A stretch of 64,000 nt of DNA from Synergistota bacterium (GTDB taxonomy: Bacteria; Synergistota; Synergistia; Synergistales; Aminobacteriaceae). Below the pieces are notes generated by a model. The model had not been told where the DNA came from and made no database searches. It saw only the letters and a list, made by a program, of their open reading frames with translations. Where the stretch lies: the NCBI GenBank assembly GCA_022704435.1, contig JAKJGK010000001.1:33554-97553 (forward strand), read 5' to 3'. A program made the translations under genes and the position numbers. Of the stretch, positions 46,163-55,387 are shown piece after piece (position 1 is the first letter of the stretch; every line of letters begins with the position of its first letter).

Positions 46163-48844
46163 ATGTTCGGTTCGATAAAGAAGGCCCTTGGTTTGGATCC
46201 CAACGAAAGAGCGCTTAAACGCTACAGGGAGGCGACGGACAGGATAAACGCCCTGGAGCCCTTCGTGTCCGCGATGTCGGACGAGGAACTGCGGCGGATG
46301 GGGACCTCCTTCCGAGAGCGACTGGGCGGCGGAGAGTCCATGGACGACCTGCTCCCGGAGGTGTTCGCAACCGTCAGGGAGGTCTCGAAACGGACGATAG
46401 GGCTGCGTCACTTCGACGTCCAGCTCATGGGAGGAATGGCCCTCCACGAGGGTAAGATAACCGAGATGAAGACCGGGGAGGGCAAGACCTTGGTCGCCAC
46501 GCTCGCGGTCGTCCTGAACGCGCTTTCCGGGGAGGGCGTTCACCTGGTAACGGTGAACGACTACCTCGCCCGCAGGGACGCCGAGTGGATGGGGCCGATA
46601 TACTCGTTCCTGGGGCTCACGGTAGGGGTCATATACGCCTACATGGACCCGGCCGAGCGCCTTGCCGCCTACAGGTCGGACATCACCTACGGGACCAACA
46701 GCGAGTTCGGGTTCGACTATCTGCGCGACAACATGGCCGTCTCCGAATCGCACCTCGTGCAGAGGGGGCACGTCTTCTGCATAGTCGACGAGGTCGACTC
46801 CATCCTTATTGACGAGGCCAGGACTCCGCTCATAATCTCCGGCCCCTCGGACGACAACGTCGACATGTACAGGGCGTCCGACCGGGTGGCCCGCCAGCTG
46901 AAGGAGGGCCGGGATTTCGAGAAGGACGAGAAGGAGCGCAACGTCGCCATTACGGAGGCGGGCATAGCCCGCAGCGAGGAGCTGCTTAAGATGCCGGGGC
47001 TCTTCTCCGACGCGGCCCACTCCGACCTCGCTCACCGCATAGTGCAGGCACTCAAGGCTCACAATCTCTTCCAGAGGGACGTGCATTACGTCGTCAAGGA
47101 CGGGGAGATTGTGATAGTCGACGAGTTCACCGGTCGGCTGATGGTCGGGCGTCGCTACTCCGACGGCCTTCACCAGGCTATCGAGGCCAAGGAGGGCGTG
47201 AAGGTGGGTCGTGAGAGCCAGACCCTGGCCACCATAACCCTTCAGAACTACTTCAGGATGTACCGCAAGCTGGCCGGGATGACGGGCACGGCCGCGACGG
47301 AGGCGGAGGAATTCAAGGAGATCTACGGACTCGAGGTCGTCGTCGTCCCCACGAACGTCGACATGATCCGCGAGGACAACCCCGACGTCATATACCGGAC
47401 CATCACGGAGAAGTTCGCGGCGGTTGCCGACGAGATCGAGGAGGCCCACGCCGAGGGACGCCCGGTGCTTGTGGGAACTACTTCCATCGAGAGCTCCGAG
47501 CGCCTCAGCAAGCTTCTCAAGGTGCGCAAGGTGCCCCACCAGGTGCTGAACGCGAAGCACCACGAGCGGGAGGCCCAGATAGTCGCCCAGGCCGGCCACC
47601 TTGGGGCCGTAACCGTGGCCACGAACATGGCGGGGCGCGGCACCGACATCCTGCTGGGGGGCAACCCGGATTTTCTGGCCCGGGAGGCCTTCAGGATCAA
47701 AAACGGGGACTCGGAAATCCGGGAGGAGGAGCACGCCGTTCTTCTGGAGCAGTATCGGGAGCAGTGCCGCCTTGAGAGGGAAAAGGTAAAGGGGCTGGGC
47801 GGGCTCCAGATAATAGGCACCGAACGACACGAGTCTCGAAGGATAGACAACCAGCTGCGCGGTCGGTCGGGGCGACAGGGCGACCCCGGCTCGAGCAGGT
47901 TCTATCTCGCGCTTGAGGACGATCTCCTTCGCCTGTTCGGCTCCGAGCGAATCCAGGGGCTTATGGAGAAGCTGGGCATGGAGGAGGGGGAGTCGATCGA
48001 GCACAACCTCCTCACAAGGGCCATAGCCAACGCCCAGAAGAAAGTCGAGCAGCTTCACTTCGACATACGCAAGCAGCTCCTGGCTTACGACAACGTGATG
48101 AACCGGCAGCGCGAGGCGGTCTACACCGAACGCCAGCAGATTCTACGCGACGGAGGGATCCAGGACCACGTACTCGAGATAGTGGAGGGCGTCATCGACG
48201 ACGTCCTGGAAAAGTACTACCCCGAGGACGGCGAGGCGGACCCGGCCAGGGCCATGTCGAAGATCAAGGGGATCACGGGCGGCGGCCCGGAGAAATGGCT
48301 CGACGGCGTGGACAACGTCCGGGACATGCGGTCGCGGAGGGACAGCCTTCTGGCCGACGTTAGAGAGCGCTTTCAAAGACGGATAGAGGAGCTGGGGGTG
48401 GAGGAGAGCGGTGCGCTGCTTCGCTTCCTGGTCCTGCACACCCTTGACAACGGGTGGAAGGATCACCTCTTGGCCATGGACGAGCTTCGGCGCGGCATCG
48501 GGCTGAGGGCGATAGGGCAGAAGGACCCCCTGCTGGAGTACCAGTTCGAGTCCTACAGCCTGTTCCAGTCCATGATGGAGAGGGTCAGGGAGACGATAAC
48601 GGAGCTGGTGTTCCGCATCCGAGTTGCGAGCGCAGGGGAGGAGAACCCTGCCACTCGACGCCGCAGCGAGGGGAGGGAGTTCCTCCTTCCCGTCGGCCCG
48701 GCCTCGGACCAGCATCCGTCGGTCTCTCACGCGGGAGAGGGCGTGCCCCAACCCGCGAGGAGGGAGAAGAAGGTGGGCAGAAACGATCCCTGCCCCTGCG
48801 GCAGTGGCAGAAAGTACAAACACTGCTGCGGCAAGGGTGCTTGA
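46163..48844 (+). CDS. secA: Preprotein translocase ATPase SecA
   Basis: 893 aa. Family segments: MKTGEGKTLVATL, VTVNDYLARRDAEWM, AGMTGTA, ATNMAGRGTDI. C-terminal zinc finger CPCGSGRKYKHCCG. Confidence 0.97.
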   Translation: MFGSIKKALGLDPNERALKRYREATDRINALEPFVSAMSDEELRRMGTSFRERLGGGESMDDLLPEVFATVREVSKRTIGLRHFDVQLMGGMALHEGKITEMKTGEGKTLVATLAVVLNALSGEGVHLVTVNDYLARRDAEWMGPIYSFLGLTVGVIYAYMDPAERLAAYRSDITYGTNSEFGFDYLRDNMAVSESHLVQRGHVFCIVDEVDSILIDEARTPLIISGPSDDNVDMYRASDRVARQLKEGRDFEKDEKERNVAITEAGIARSEELLKMPGLFSDAAHSDLAHRIVQALKAHNLFQRDVHYVVKDGEIVIVDEFTGRLMVGRRYSDGLHQAIEAKEGVKVGRESQTLATITLQNYFRMYRKLAGMTGTAATEAEEFKEIYGLEVVVVPTNVDMIREDNPDVIYRTITEKFAAVADEIEEAHAEGRPVLVGTTSIESSERLSKLLKVRKVPHQVLNAKHHEREAQIVAQAGHLGAVTVATNMAGRGTDILLGGNPDFLAREAFRIKNGDSEIREEEHAVLLEQYREQCRLEREKVKGLGGLQIIGTERHESRRIDNQLRGRSGRQGDPGSSRFYLALEDDLLRLFGSERIQGLMEKLGMEEGESIEHNLLTRAIANAQKKVEQLHFDIRKQLLAYDNVMNRQREAVYTERQQILRDGGIQDHVLEIVEGVIDDVLEKYYPEDGEADPARAMSKIKGITGGGPEKWLDGVDNVRDMRSRRDSLLADVRERFQRRIEELGVEESGALLRFLVLHTLDNGWKDHLLAMDELRRGIGLRAIGQKDPLLEYQFESYSLFQSMMERVRETITELVFRIRVASAGEENPATRRRSEGREFLLPVGPASDQHPSVSHAGEGVPQPARREKKVGRNDPCPCGSGRKYKHCCGKGA

Positions 48845-48874
48845 CCTGAACCAGCGGGGAAAGGAGAACAAGTC

Positions 48875-50716
48875 ATGAGAATGAAAATTAGACGACTGTC
48901 TTCCCGCGCAGCCTGCATCGCGGCGGTGGTGCTGGTTTTCCTGGGCGTGCGGGCTGGAGTTGGCTCTGCCTCCGCGGTGAACATCCCCCGCATGATACAG
49001 GAGTGCCCCGCGTTCTCCGACTACCCGGGCGCAGACGGCGTGATATGGCTGCGCGACCTGAGGTACTCGCTGGGTGCGGACGGTGCGATGACCAGGGATT
49101 CGCACTACGTGATACTGGCGAGACGCGGGATTGACGAAGCGTGGACGAGGTGGCTGCTGCCGGTCAATGCCGGTGGAGAGGGAGGAGGCGCGGAAAAGGT
49201 GGAGGCCGCCCTCTACGATCCCGGAACCGGGCGCATGCTGTCGCCGGTGCTCCCTCGCCCTGTTAGGGTCGGAGACGTCGATGCGGTCGAGGTCGTATTC
49301 CCCGACCTGCAGGAGGAGTACCTGGTCGAGCTCTCCTTCAGGGAGGTGTTCCCGAAGCGCTTCTCGGTCGACGACTTCATCTGGGTGAATGATACCCTGC
49401 CGATGTGGGAACTGATTGTAACCGCCGACGTGCCCGGGGACAGCAGCCTGGCGGTTTCGGCCAAGGGCGCGGGTAACGCGAGCAGGGAGAGGATCGGCGC
49501 GGTGGACCGCTACTCGTGGCACTCGGTGAACAACCTCGCCTGGACCTCGCGGACCCTCGGCGGAGATGCGCGGTCATACTTGGCCTTCTCCACGAAAAAA
49601 GGCATCGAGCCTATCGCCCGGATGCTCGCCTCCTACGAGAACAGCCTTGTGCCGCCACCTCCGCCCTCCGTTGCCGCCCTTGTAGGCCAGAAGAACAAGC
49701 TGCGGGCCGGAAGCTCGATGATAGCCTGGATGAATGCCGCCCCCGCCCTCGGCGGTGGCCCACTGGCGTCGATCGTCCGCAGTGTCGTCCCGGCGGAGGG
49801 GCCGTGGTCCGACTGGGAGAAGGTACTTGTGCTGAACGCCTGGTTGAAAAGGGCCGGGTGGGACAGCACGGTCCACTGGCTCACGGCGCACGCGCTGAAC
49901 GAGGAGACACCCGCAGCCGGAGGCTCGATCCTCAGGCCGGTGCTGGAGCTGAACCTCCAGGGCATATCGCCCTTCTTCCTCGACCTGGGGCAGGGGCACA
50001 GCCATAACGAGACACCTCCCTCCCTATGGGGGAAGCACATCTACACCGCCTCAGGCAACTCGCTCACCGGGCGCGTAGTCAGCGGCAGCTCCGCGGCGGA
50101 GCACCGCCTGACCATCGAGTGGCATCTTGAGCTCGGGACGGACGGAGAGACGGCCGGCTGGGTGGACGTGCTCGCCAGGAACGGATGGAGCGCGTTCCTC
50201 TTCCCCGGAGACGGCCCTGACGGCGCCTCGATAAGACGCCTTGCGTCCGAGCTGTTCGCAGGTATCGACGTCGACACGGGAGCGGCCGCGTCAAAGCCGA
50301 TCAAGTACGGACACCAGGTCTCGATGCCTGTCACGATGAGAAACAGCATCATAAGCGGAGGTTCGCTGCTCTTTCAATTCCCCGGCGTCGCGCCGTCATG
50401 GCTCGCGGAGCTTGGCAGGTGGTCGGACGAGTACAGGATAGACTTCCCCTTCGTGATAGAGCAGGGCTTTACCCTCAAGATGCCGCCTCGCACCGAGGTG
50501 GTAATGACCCCTGCCCCGGTCGCGAGGTCACTCGAGAAGGTGAAGTACGAGGAATCGGTGTTCTACAACAAGAAGCGCAGCACGTTCACGGCAGGGGCGA
50601 AGATCGTGCTGATGACGGACGTCCTGCAGGCCTCGACCGGGAAAAATCTCGGCGAGGCGGTGCAGCGCTGGCTGGCCTGGGGCGCCAGAAATCTGCCGCT
50701 AAGGCTTCGCCAGTAG
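48875..50716 (+). CDS. Hypothetical large secreted protein
   Basis: 613 aa. AAAGGAG RBS. Signal peptide (AACIAAVVLVFLGVRAGVGSASA). No catalytic motif recognised. It may belong to a DUF3857-like family, but I cannot confirm this. Confidence 0.55.
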   Translation: MRMKIRRLSSRAACIAAVVLVFLGVRAGVGSASAVNIPRMIQECPAFSDYPGADGVIWLRDLRYSLGADGAMTRDSHYVILARRGIDEAWTRWLLPVNAGGEGGGAEKVEAALYDPGTGRMLSPVLPRPVRVGDVDAVEVVFPDLQEEYLVELSFREVFPKRFSVDDFIWVNDTLPMWELIVTADVPGDSSLAVSAKGAGNASRERIGAVDRYSWHSVNNLAWTSRTLGGDARSYLAFSTKKGIEPIARMLASYENSLVPPPPPSVAALVGQKNKLRAGSSMIAWMNAAPALGGGPLASIVRSVVPAEGPWSDWEKVLVLNAWLKRAGWDSTVHWLTAHALNEETPAAGGSILRPVLELNLQGISPFFLDLGQGHSHNETPPSLWGKHIYTASGNSLTGRVVSGSSAAEHRLTIEWHLELGTDGETAGWVDVLARNGWSAFLFPGDGPDGASIRRLASELFAGIDVDTGAAASKPIKYGHQVSMPVTMRNSIISGGSLLFQFPGVAPSWLAELGRWSDEYRIDFPFVIEQGFTLKMPPRTEVVMTPAPVARSLEKVKYEESVFYNKKRSTFTAGAKIVLMTDVLQASTGKNLGEAVQRWLAWGARNLPLRLRQ

Positions 50717-50739
50717 CGCAATTTATTTGGAGGTGTTCC

Positions 50740-52416
50740 ATGGCGGATGTTGCGAAGGTCCTTCGGGCCATCGTTGAGAGGGCGCTGACCGAGGTTGCCG
50801 CGGAGAAGGGAGTTTCTCCCGGCGAGGACTACGTGCCTGCGTTTGAAAAACCGAAGCGCGAGGGGCAGGGAGACCTGTCGACGAACTGCGCCATGAAGCT
50901 GAGCAGGCAGTTCGGCGAGAAGCCCGTAGACCTCGCGCGAAGGATCGCGGCTCGCATCCCCGAGAACGAGTACCTCGACAGGGTCGAGGTCGCAGCTCCC
51001 GGGTTCATCAACTTCTTCCTGTCCCCGATATGGATGGGGGACGCCCTTTGTGAAATCCTGCGAGAAGGCGGAAGGTACGGGTCCTCGGACATCGGGGAGG
51101 GCAGGAGGGTGCAGGTAGAGTTCGTCAGCGCCAACCCTACCGGGCCTCTTCACGTGGGGCACGGACGGGGCGCGGCGGTCGGCGACATAATAGCGTCGAT
51201 ACTCTCCTTCACCGGCTGGAAGGTGGAGAGGGAGTACTACATAAACGACGCGGGCCTGCAGATGGAGCTGCTTGGACGCTCGACCCGGGCTCGCTGCTTC
51301 GAGATGCTGGGAGCTTCGGAGGCGGCCCCCTTCCCCGAGGACGGCTACAAGGGCGAGTACATCCGCGACATGGCCAGGGCCGCGCTAGAGCAGCAGGGCG
51401 AGCGTCTGGCCTCCATGACGGCGGAGGAGAGCCTGTCGTTCTTCAAGTCCTTTTCAGCCGGGCTTATACTCGACATGATAAAGAAGGACCTGTCCGATTT
51501 CGGGGTGAACTTCGACGTCTGGTTCTCCGAGAGGAGCCTGTACGAGCGCGGGCTGGTGCCGAGCGCCATGCAGACGCTCAAGGACAGGGGCTTCGCCTTC
51601 GAGAGCGAGGGGGCGCTGTGGTTCAAGTCCGGCGAGGCACAGGACGACAAGGACAGGGTCCTGGTGAGGAGCAACGGGGTCCCTACGTACTTCGCCTCCG
51701 ACATAGCCTACCACAAGGAGAAGTTCGACCGCGGGTTCGACAAGGTCATTGACGTGTGGGGGGCCGACCACCACGGGTATGTCCCGAGGATGAAGGCTGG
51801 AGTGGAGGCGCTGGGAAGGTGCCCGGACGACCTGCAGGTCCTGCTGATACAGTTTGTGAATCTGCTTCGCGGGGGCAGCCAGGTGGCCATGTCGACCAGA
51901 TCCGGGGAGTTCGTGACCCTGAGGGAGGTAATGGACGAGGTGGGCGTGGACGCCACCCGGTTTTTCTTCGTGATGAGGAAGAGCGACTCTCACTTGGACT
52001 TCGACCTGGAGCTTGCGAAACAGTCCTCCAACGAGAACCCGGTCTACTACGTCCAGTACGCGTACGCCAGGATACGCAGCGTCCTGAGAGAGGCCGAGTC
52101 GCGCGGGGTCGCGGTCCCGGCTGTCGACCGTCTGGATGTCTCGGCGCTGCGACTTGAGGAGGAAAAACGACTCATGGCAAGGCTTGCTGCTTTCCCCGAG
52201 GAGATCGACAAGGCCTCGCGCGAGCTGGCCCCCCACGTACTTACCGCCTACGCTCTCGACCTTGCCGGGGACTTCCACTCCTTCTACAACGCATGCCGCA
52301 TCCTCGGCTCCGACGAGGGCGTCATGGAGAGCCGGCTGTTGCTGGTGGCCGCCTCGGGGATCGTCCTTTCGACCGCTCTCTCGCTTCTCGGGGTGGCAGC
52401 GCCGGAAAGGATGTAG
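50740..52416 (+). CDS. argS: Arginine--tRNA ligase
   Basis: ORF 50398..52416 trimmed to ATG 50740 (GGAGGTG RBS). HIGH-type motif ANPTGPLHVGHGRGAAVGD. Also GADHHGYVPRM, and MSTRSGEFVTL in place of KMSKS. Confidence 0.93.
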   Translation: MADVAKVLRAIVERALTEVAAEKGVSPGEDYVPAFEKPKREGQGDLSTNCAMKLSRQFGEKPVDLARRIAARIPENEYLDRVEVAAPGFINFFLSPIWMGDALCEILREGGRYGSSDIGEGRRVQVEFVSANPTGPLHVGHGRGAAVGDIIASILSFTGWKVEREYYINDAGLQMELLGRSTRARCFEMLGASEAAPFPEDGYKGEYIRDMARAALEQQGERLASMTAEESLSFFKSFSAGLILDMIKKDLSDFGVNFDVWFSERSLYERGLVPSAMQTLKDRGFAFESEGALWFKSGEAQDDKDRVLVRSNGVPTYFASDIAYHKEKFDRGFDKVIDVWGADHHGYVPRMKAGVEALGRCPDDLQVLLIQFVNLLRGGSQVAMSTRSGEFVTLREVMDEVGVDATRFFFVMRKSDSHLDFDLELAKQSSNENPVYYVQYAYARIRSVLREAESRGVAVPAVDRLDVSALRLEEEKRLMARLAAFPEEIDKASRELAPHVLTAYALDLAGDFHSFYNACRILGSDEGVMESRLLLVAASGIVLSTALSLLGVAAPERM

Positions 52417-52420
52417 CGCC

Positions 52421-52723
52421 TTGCTGCGCCTGCGATGGATTCTTCTGGCCGCCCTCCTGTGCCTGTTCGTGGCCATCATGGCCACCTCGTACTGTGTCGA
52501 GGTGCGGAAGATCAACCGCCTGACCGCCCTGGTGGACGACCGCATGGCGGTGTTGGTCCGCATGAGCCGCGCGGTTCAGGATATGCAGGAGAAGATCGCA
52601 TTTTTCGCCACGTCCGAGGGCATGGCGCATATGGCGAGAGAGCAGTACAATCTGTCCTTCCCCGGAGAGCTCGTCTTTATCATAAAGAGGGAGAGGGATT
52701 CGTTGCACGAAAAAGAGCGATAA
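52421..52723 (+). CDS. Septum formation initiator family protein (FtsB/DivIC-like)
   Basis: ORF 52136..52723 trimmed to TTG 52421, just after the argS stop. 100 aa. N-terminal TM (ILLAALLCLFVAIMA), then a coiled-coil, then EGMAHMAREQYNLSFPGELVF, which is typical of this family. Confidence 0.6.
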   Translation: MLRLRWILLAALLCLFVAIMATSYCVEVRKINRLTALVDDRMAVLVRMSRAVQDMQEKIAFFATSEGMAHMAREQYNLSFPGELVFIIKRERDSLHEKER

Positions 52724-52730
52724 TGTATAA
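52702..52730 (+). promoter_or_regulatory. Sigma70-type promoter of rpsF-ssb-rpsR
   Basis: TTGCAC (52702-52707), 17 nt spacer ending in TG, TATAAT (52725-52730), 75 nt upstream of rpsF. Confidence 0.5.
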
Positions 52731-52804
52731 TCCCCGAGGCTGGTATTTTCCCTGCCCCTCACAAGGATGGGGGGCCAAAGTCCAAAGGGAGGAGGTGTGA
52801 GAGT

Positions 52805-53089
52805 ATGCGGCCGTACGAGATGCTTGTTCTTTTGAACGCCGAGCTGGAGGATCCGAAAGAGGAGCTCGGCAAGGTCGAGGAGGTCATACTCAGTCTTGGA
52901 GGAGAGATGACCAAGACTGATCTGTGGGGCAAGAAGCGCCTGGCCTACCCCATCGACAAGAAAACCGAGGGTTTTTATGCGCTGTGCACGTTCAAGATGT
53001 CGCCTGATCAATTGGCCGAGATGAACCGCGTCCTCGGTCTGAGACCGAATATCTATCGCCAGATGACGATCCGTCTGGACGAGGAGTAG
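52805..53089 (+). CDS. rpsF: 30S ribosomal protein S6
   Basis: 94 aa: MRPYEMLVLLNAELED..., WGKKRLAYPIDKKTEGFY. Confidence 0.93.
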   Translation: MRPYEMLVLLNAELEDPKEELGKVEEVILSLGGEMTKTDLWGKKRLAYPIDKKTEGFYALCTFKMSPDQLAEMNRVLGLRPNIYRQMTIRLDEE

Positions 53090-53100
53090 GAGGCGAAGTC

Positions 53101-53589
53101 GTGGCTAAGGGATTCAACAAGGTCATGCTCATGGGCAACCTGGCCAGGGACCCGGAGGTGCGGTACACCGCCTCCAAGCAGGCTGTGGCCAACTTCCCCA
53201 TTGCGGTCAACAGGGCGTGGAAGGACAAAAACGGCGAGCTCCAGGAGAGCGTTGACTTCATAACCGTGGTGGTGTGGGGCTCGACCGCCGAGAACTGCGA
53301 GCGCTACCTGAAAAAGGGCAGCCCAGCCTTCGTGGAGGGCAGGTTGCAGGTGAGGAGCTACGAGGCCAAGGACGGTTCCGGCAAAAGGTACGTCACGGAG
53401 GTGGTGGCGTCCGACGTAATCTTCCTAGGCTCGAAGAGGCAGGACGAGTCCGCCGGCACCCTCGAGGACGAGGGATTCGGGGGAAGCGTGCGCAAGGACC
53501 GCCGCCTCGCCGCGGCGACTTACGACGATTTTCCCATGGACATATCGTCCGTCCAGGATGATGATGAAGAGGCGGACATCCCCTTTTAG
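53101..53589 (+). CDS. ssb: Single-stranded DNA-binding protein
   Basis: 162 aa. OB fold NKVMLMGNLARDPEVRYT. Acidic C-terminal tip DDDEEADIPF. Confidence 0.95.
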   Translation: MAKGFNKVMLMGNLARDPEVRYTASKQAVANFPIAVNRAWKDKNGELQESVDFITVVVWGSTAENCERYLKKGSPAFVEGRLQVRSYEAKDGSGKRYVTEVVASDVIFLGSKRQDESAGTLEDEGFGGSVRKDRRLAAATYDDFPMDISSVQDDDEEADIPF

Positions 53590-53607
53590 TTTTAAGGAGG
53601 CGGCAAG

Positions 53608-53886
53608 ATGGTGATAAACGAGGGCAGGGGAGAGGGCAGAGGCGCGGCCGGGCCGAGAGGTCCCCGAAAGGGCGGCAAGAGACGCCCCAAGGTCTGTTTT
53701 TTCTGCGTCGACAAGATAGAACGGGTTGACTACAAGGATATCGAGAAGCTTCGCAAGTACATCAGCGAGCGCGGCAAGATAATGCCCCGCAGGGTCACGG
53801 GAAACTGCGCGAAGCACCAGCGCCAGCTCACCGAGGCGATAAAGCGGGCTCGCTACATGGCTCTCCTTCCTTTCACGCTGGAGTAG
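53608..53886 (+). CDS. rpsR: 30S ribosomal protein S18
   Basis: 92 aa. Family segments: [55 protein letters not shown]. Confidence 0.94.
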   Translation: MVINEGRGEGRGAAGPRGPRKGGKRRPKVCFFCVDKIERVDYKDIEKLRKYISERGKIMPRRVTGNCAKHQRQLTEAIKRARYMALLPFTLE

Positions 53887-53910
53887 AGCCTGGAACGGAA
53901 GCTATATCCC

Positions 53911-53945
53911 GGGGGGAGGAGCCTTGCTTCTCCCCCCGCAATTTT
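53911..53945 (+). terminator. Rho-independent terminator after rpsR
   Basis: GGGGGGAGGAGC-CTT-GCTTCTCCCCCC (12 bp stem with one G.U) followed by GCAATTTTG. Confidence 0.65.
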
Positions 53946-53972
53946 GCTCGAACGAGAAGGGGGAAAAGGGGT

Positions 53973-54941
53973 ATGTCTTCGACTAGAAGCCTGGTGGAAT
54001 CGGCCCTGCTGGCCGGCTTGGCGGTTGTTTTGTTCATGGCCGCTCACTTTTTGCCCGTAGTCGGGGCGGCGTTCTCCCTCCTTGCACCCGCCCCGCTCGT
54101 CATACTGGGCTTGCGCCACGACCTTAAGAAGGCCTCCCTGGGGTTGGGGGTGTCCACATTGCTGGTGGCGGCCCTGCTGGGACCTGTCTCGTCGCTGTTT
54201 TTCCTCCTCGGGTTCGGGGTTCTTGGCGTCGGGTTGGGACTGCTGGCGAAAAAGATCGACAAGGGGGTCGAGATCCTTCTGTACGGGATCCTGCTCTCCC
54301 TTGGCAGCAAGCTCCTGCTGATGGCGGTGGTCGCAAGGCTCACGGGAATAAACCCCTTCCAGCTCGACGGGGCCGAGATGCAGTCGATGGTCGACAAGGT
54401 TTTCCAGTTCTACGAGTCCACCGGCATGAGCAAGGACTCCCTGGCCGCGGTCAGGTTGCAGTTCGCCGAGTCCATACGCCTGCTGCCGGTCATCTTCCCG
54501 GCGATATTGACCGTGGCGGCAGCGCTTGACTGCTACCTAAGCTACGTGGTAGGGTCCTTCGTCTTAAAGAGGATCGGCAACGAGCCCCTTCCGCCCCTTC
54601 CGCCCTTCTCTCGCTGGAGGTTTCCAAAGAGCGTGTTCGGCGCTTTCGTCGTGTCGATCCTGCTCTCGCTGATTGGCTCGAGGGATGGAAGCATGGACTT
54701 CGCCCTGAAGGCCGGGGTAAACTTGAGGCTCCTTGTAAACTTCTTGTTCCTGTTCCAGGGACTCTCCCTCATCTGGTTTTTTCTAACTGAAAGAATCGCC
54801 GGTTCTTTCGGCCGACTCTTAAGGACTGTTGTTATAATATTGACCGTGTTGGTCCCCATCCTGTCCACGCTAGCCGTAATGGGAGGCATTGGCGACATGT
54901 GGCTGGATTTCAGGGGACGTCTCGGCAGGGGTGATGCGTGA
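53973..54941 (+). CDS. YybS-family membrane protein (DUF2232)
   Basis: 322 aa and polytopic. It sits immediately upstream of rplI-dnaB, as yybS does in B. subtilis. The call rests mainly on synteny and topology. Confidence 0.6.
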   Translation: MSSTRSLVESALLAGLAVVLFMAAHFLPVVGAAFSLLAPAPLVILGLRHDLKKASLGLGVSTLLVAALLGPVSSLFFLLGFGVLGVGLGLLAKKIDKGVEILLYGILLSLGSKLLLMAVVARLTGINPFQLDGAEMQSMVDKVFQFYESTGMSKDSLAAVRLQFAESIRLLPVIFPAILTVAAALDCYLSYVVGSFVLKRIGNEPLPPLPPFSRWRFPKSVFGAFVVSILLSLIGSRDGSMDFALKAGVNLRLLVNFLFLFQGLSLIWFFLTERIAGSFGRLLRTVVIILTVLVPILSTLAVMGGIGDMWLDFRGRLGRGDA

Positions 54942-55387
54942 TGAAGGTAATTCTGAAACAGGACGTCAACAAGCTCGGTTTGTCGGGGGATCTCGTCGAG
55001 ACCTCCGACGGGTACGCGCGGAATTATCTCTTCCCAAGGGGGCTGGCCGATGAGGCGACCCCAGAGAGAATTAAGGAGTGGAAGAACAGGGAGGCCGCGA
55101 AGAAAAAAAGGGAGCAGCGGATGGAGAGGGATGCTCGGGATTCGCAGAAGACCCTGTCCGGCCGGACCGTCAGGGTAAGGGCCAGCATAGGGGAGAAGGG
55201 CAGACTGTTCGGCAGCGTCACTGCTTCGACTGTAGCGGAGAGCATCGCATCCCAGCTGTCCGTCGAGGTGGACCGGAGACACCTGCGCCTGCCCGATTCA
55301 ATTAAACAGGTGGGCGCCTACCCGTTCTCCGTGCGCCTCTATCCCGGCATCGAGGCGGAGATGACCCTGGTAGTGGAAGGGGAGTAG
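54941..55387 (+). CDS. rplI: 50S ribosomal protein L9
   Basis: ORF 54938..55387 trimmed to ATG 54941 (TGATG overlap with the yybS stop). Family segments: MKVILKQDVNKLGLSGDLVETSDGYARNYLFPRGLA. Confidence 0.93.
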   Translation: MKVILKQDVNKLGLSGDLVETSDGYARNYLFPRGLADEATPERIKEWKNREAAKKKREQRMERDARDSQKTLSGRTVRVRASIGEKGRLFGSVTASTVAESIASQLSVEVDRRHLRLPDSIKQVGAYPFSVRLYPGIEAEMTLVVEGE

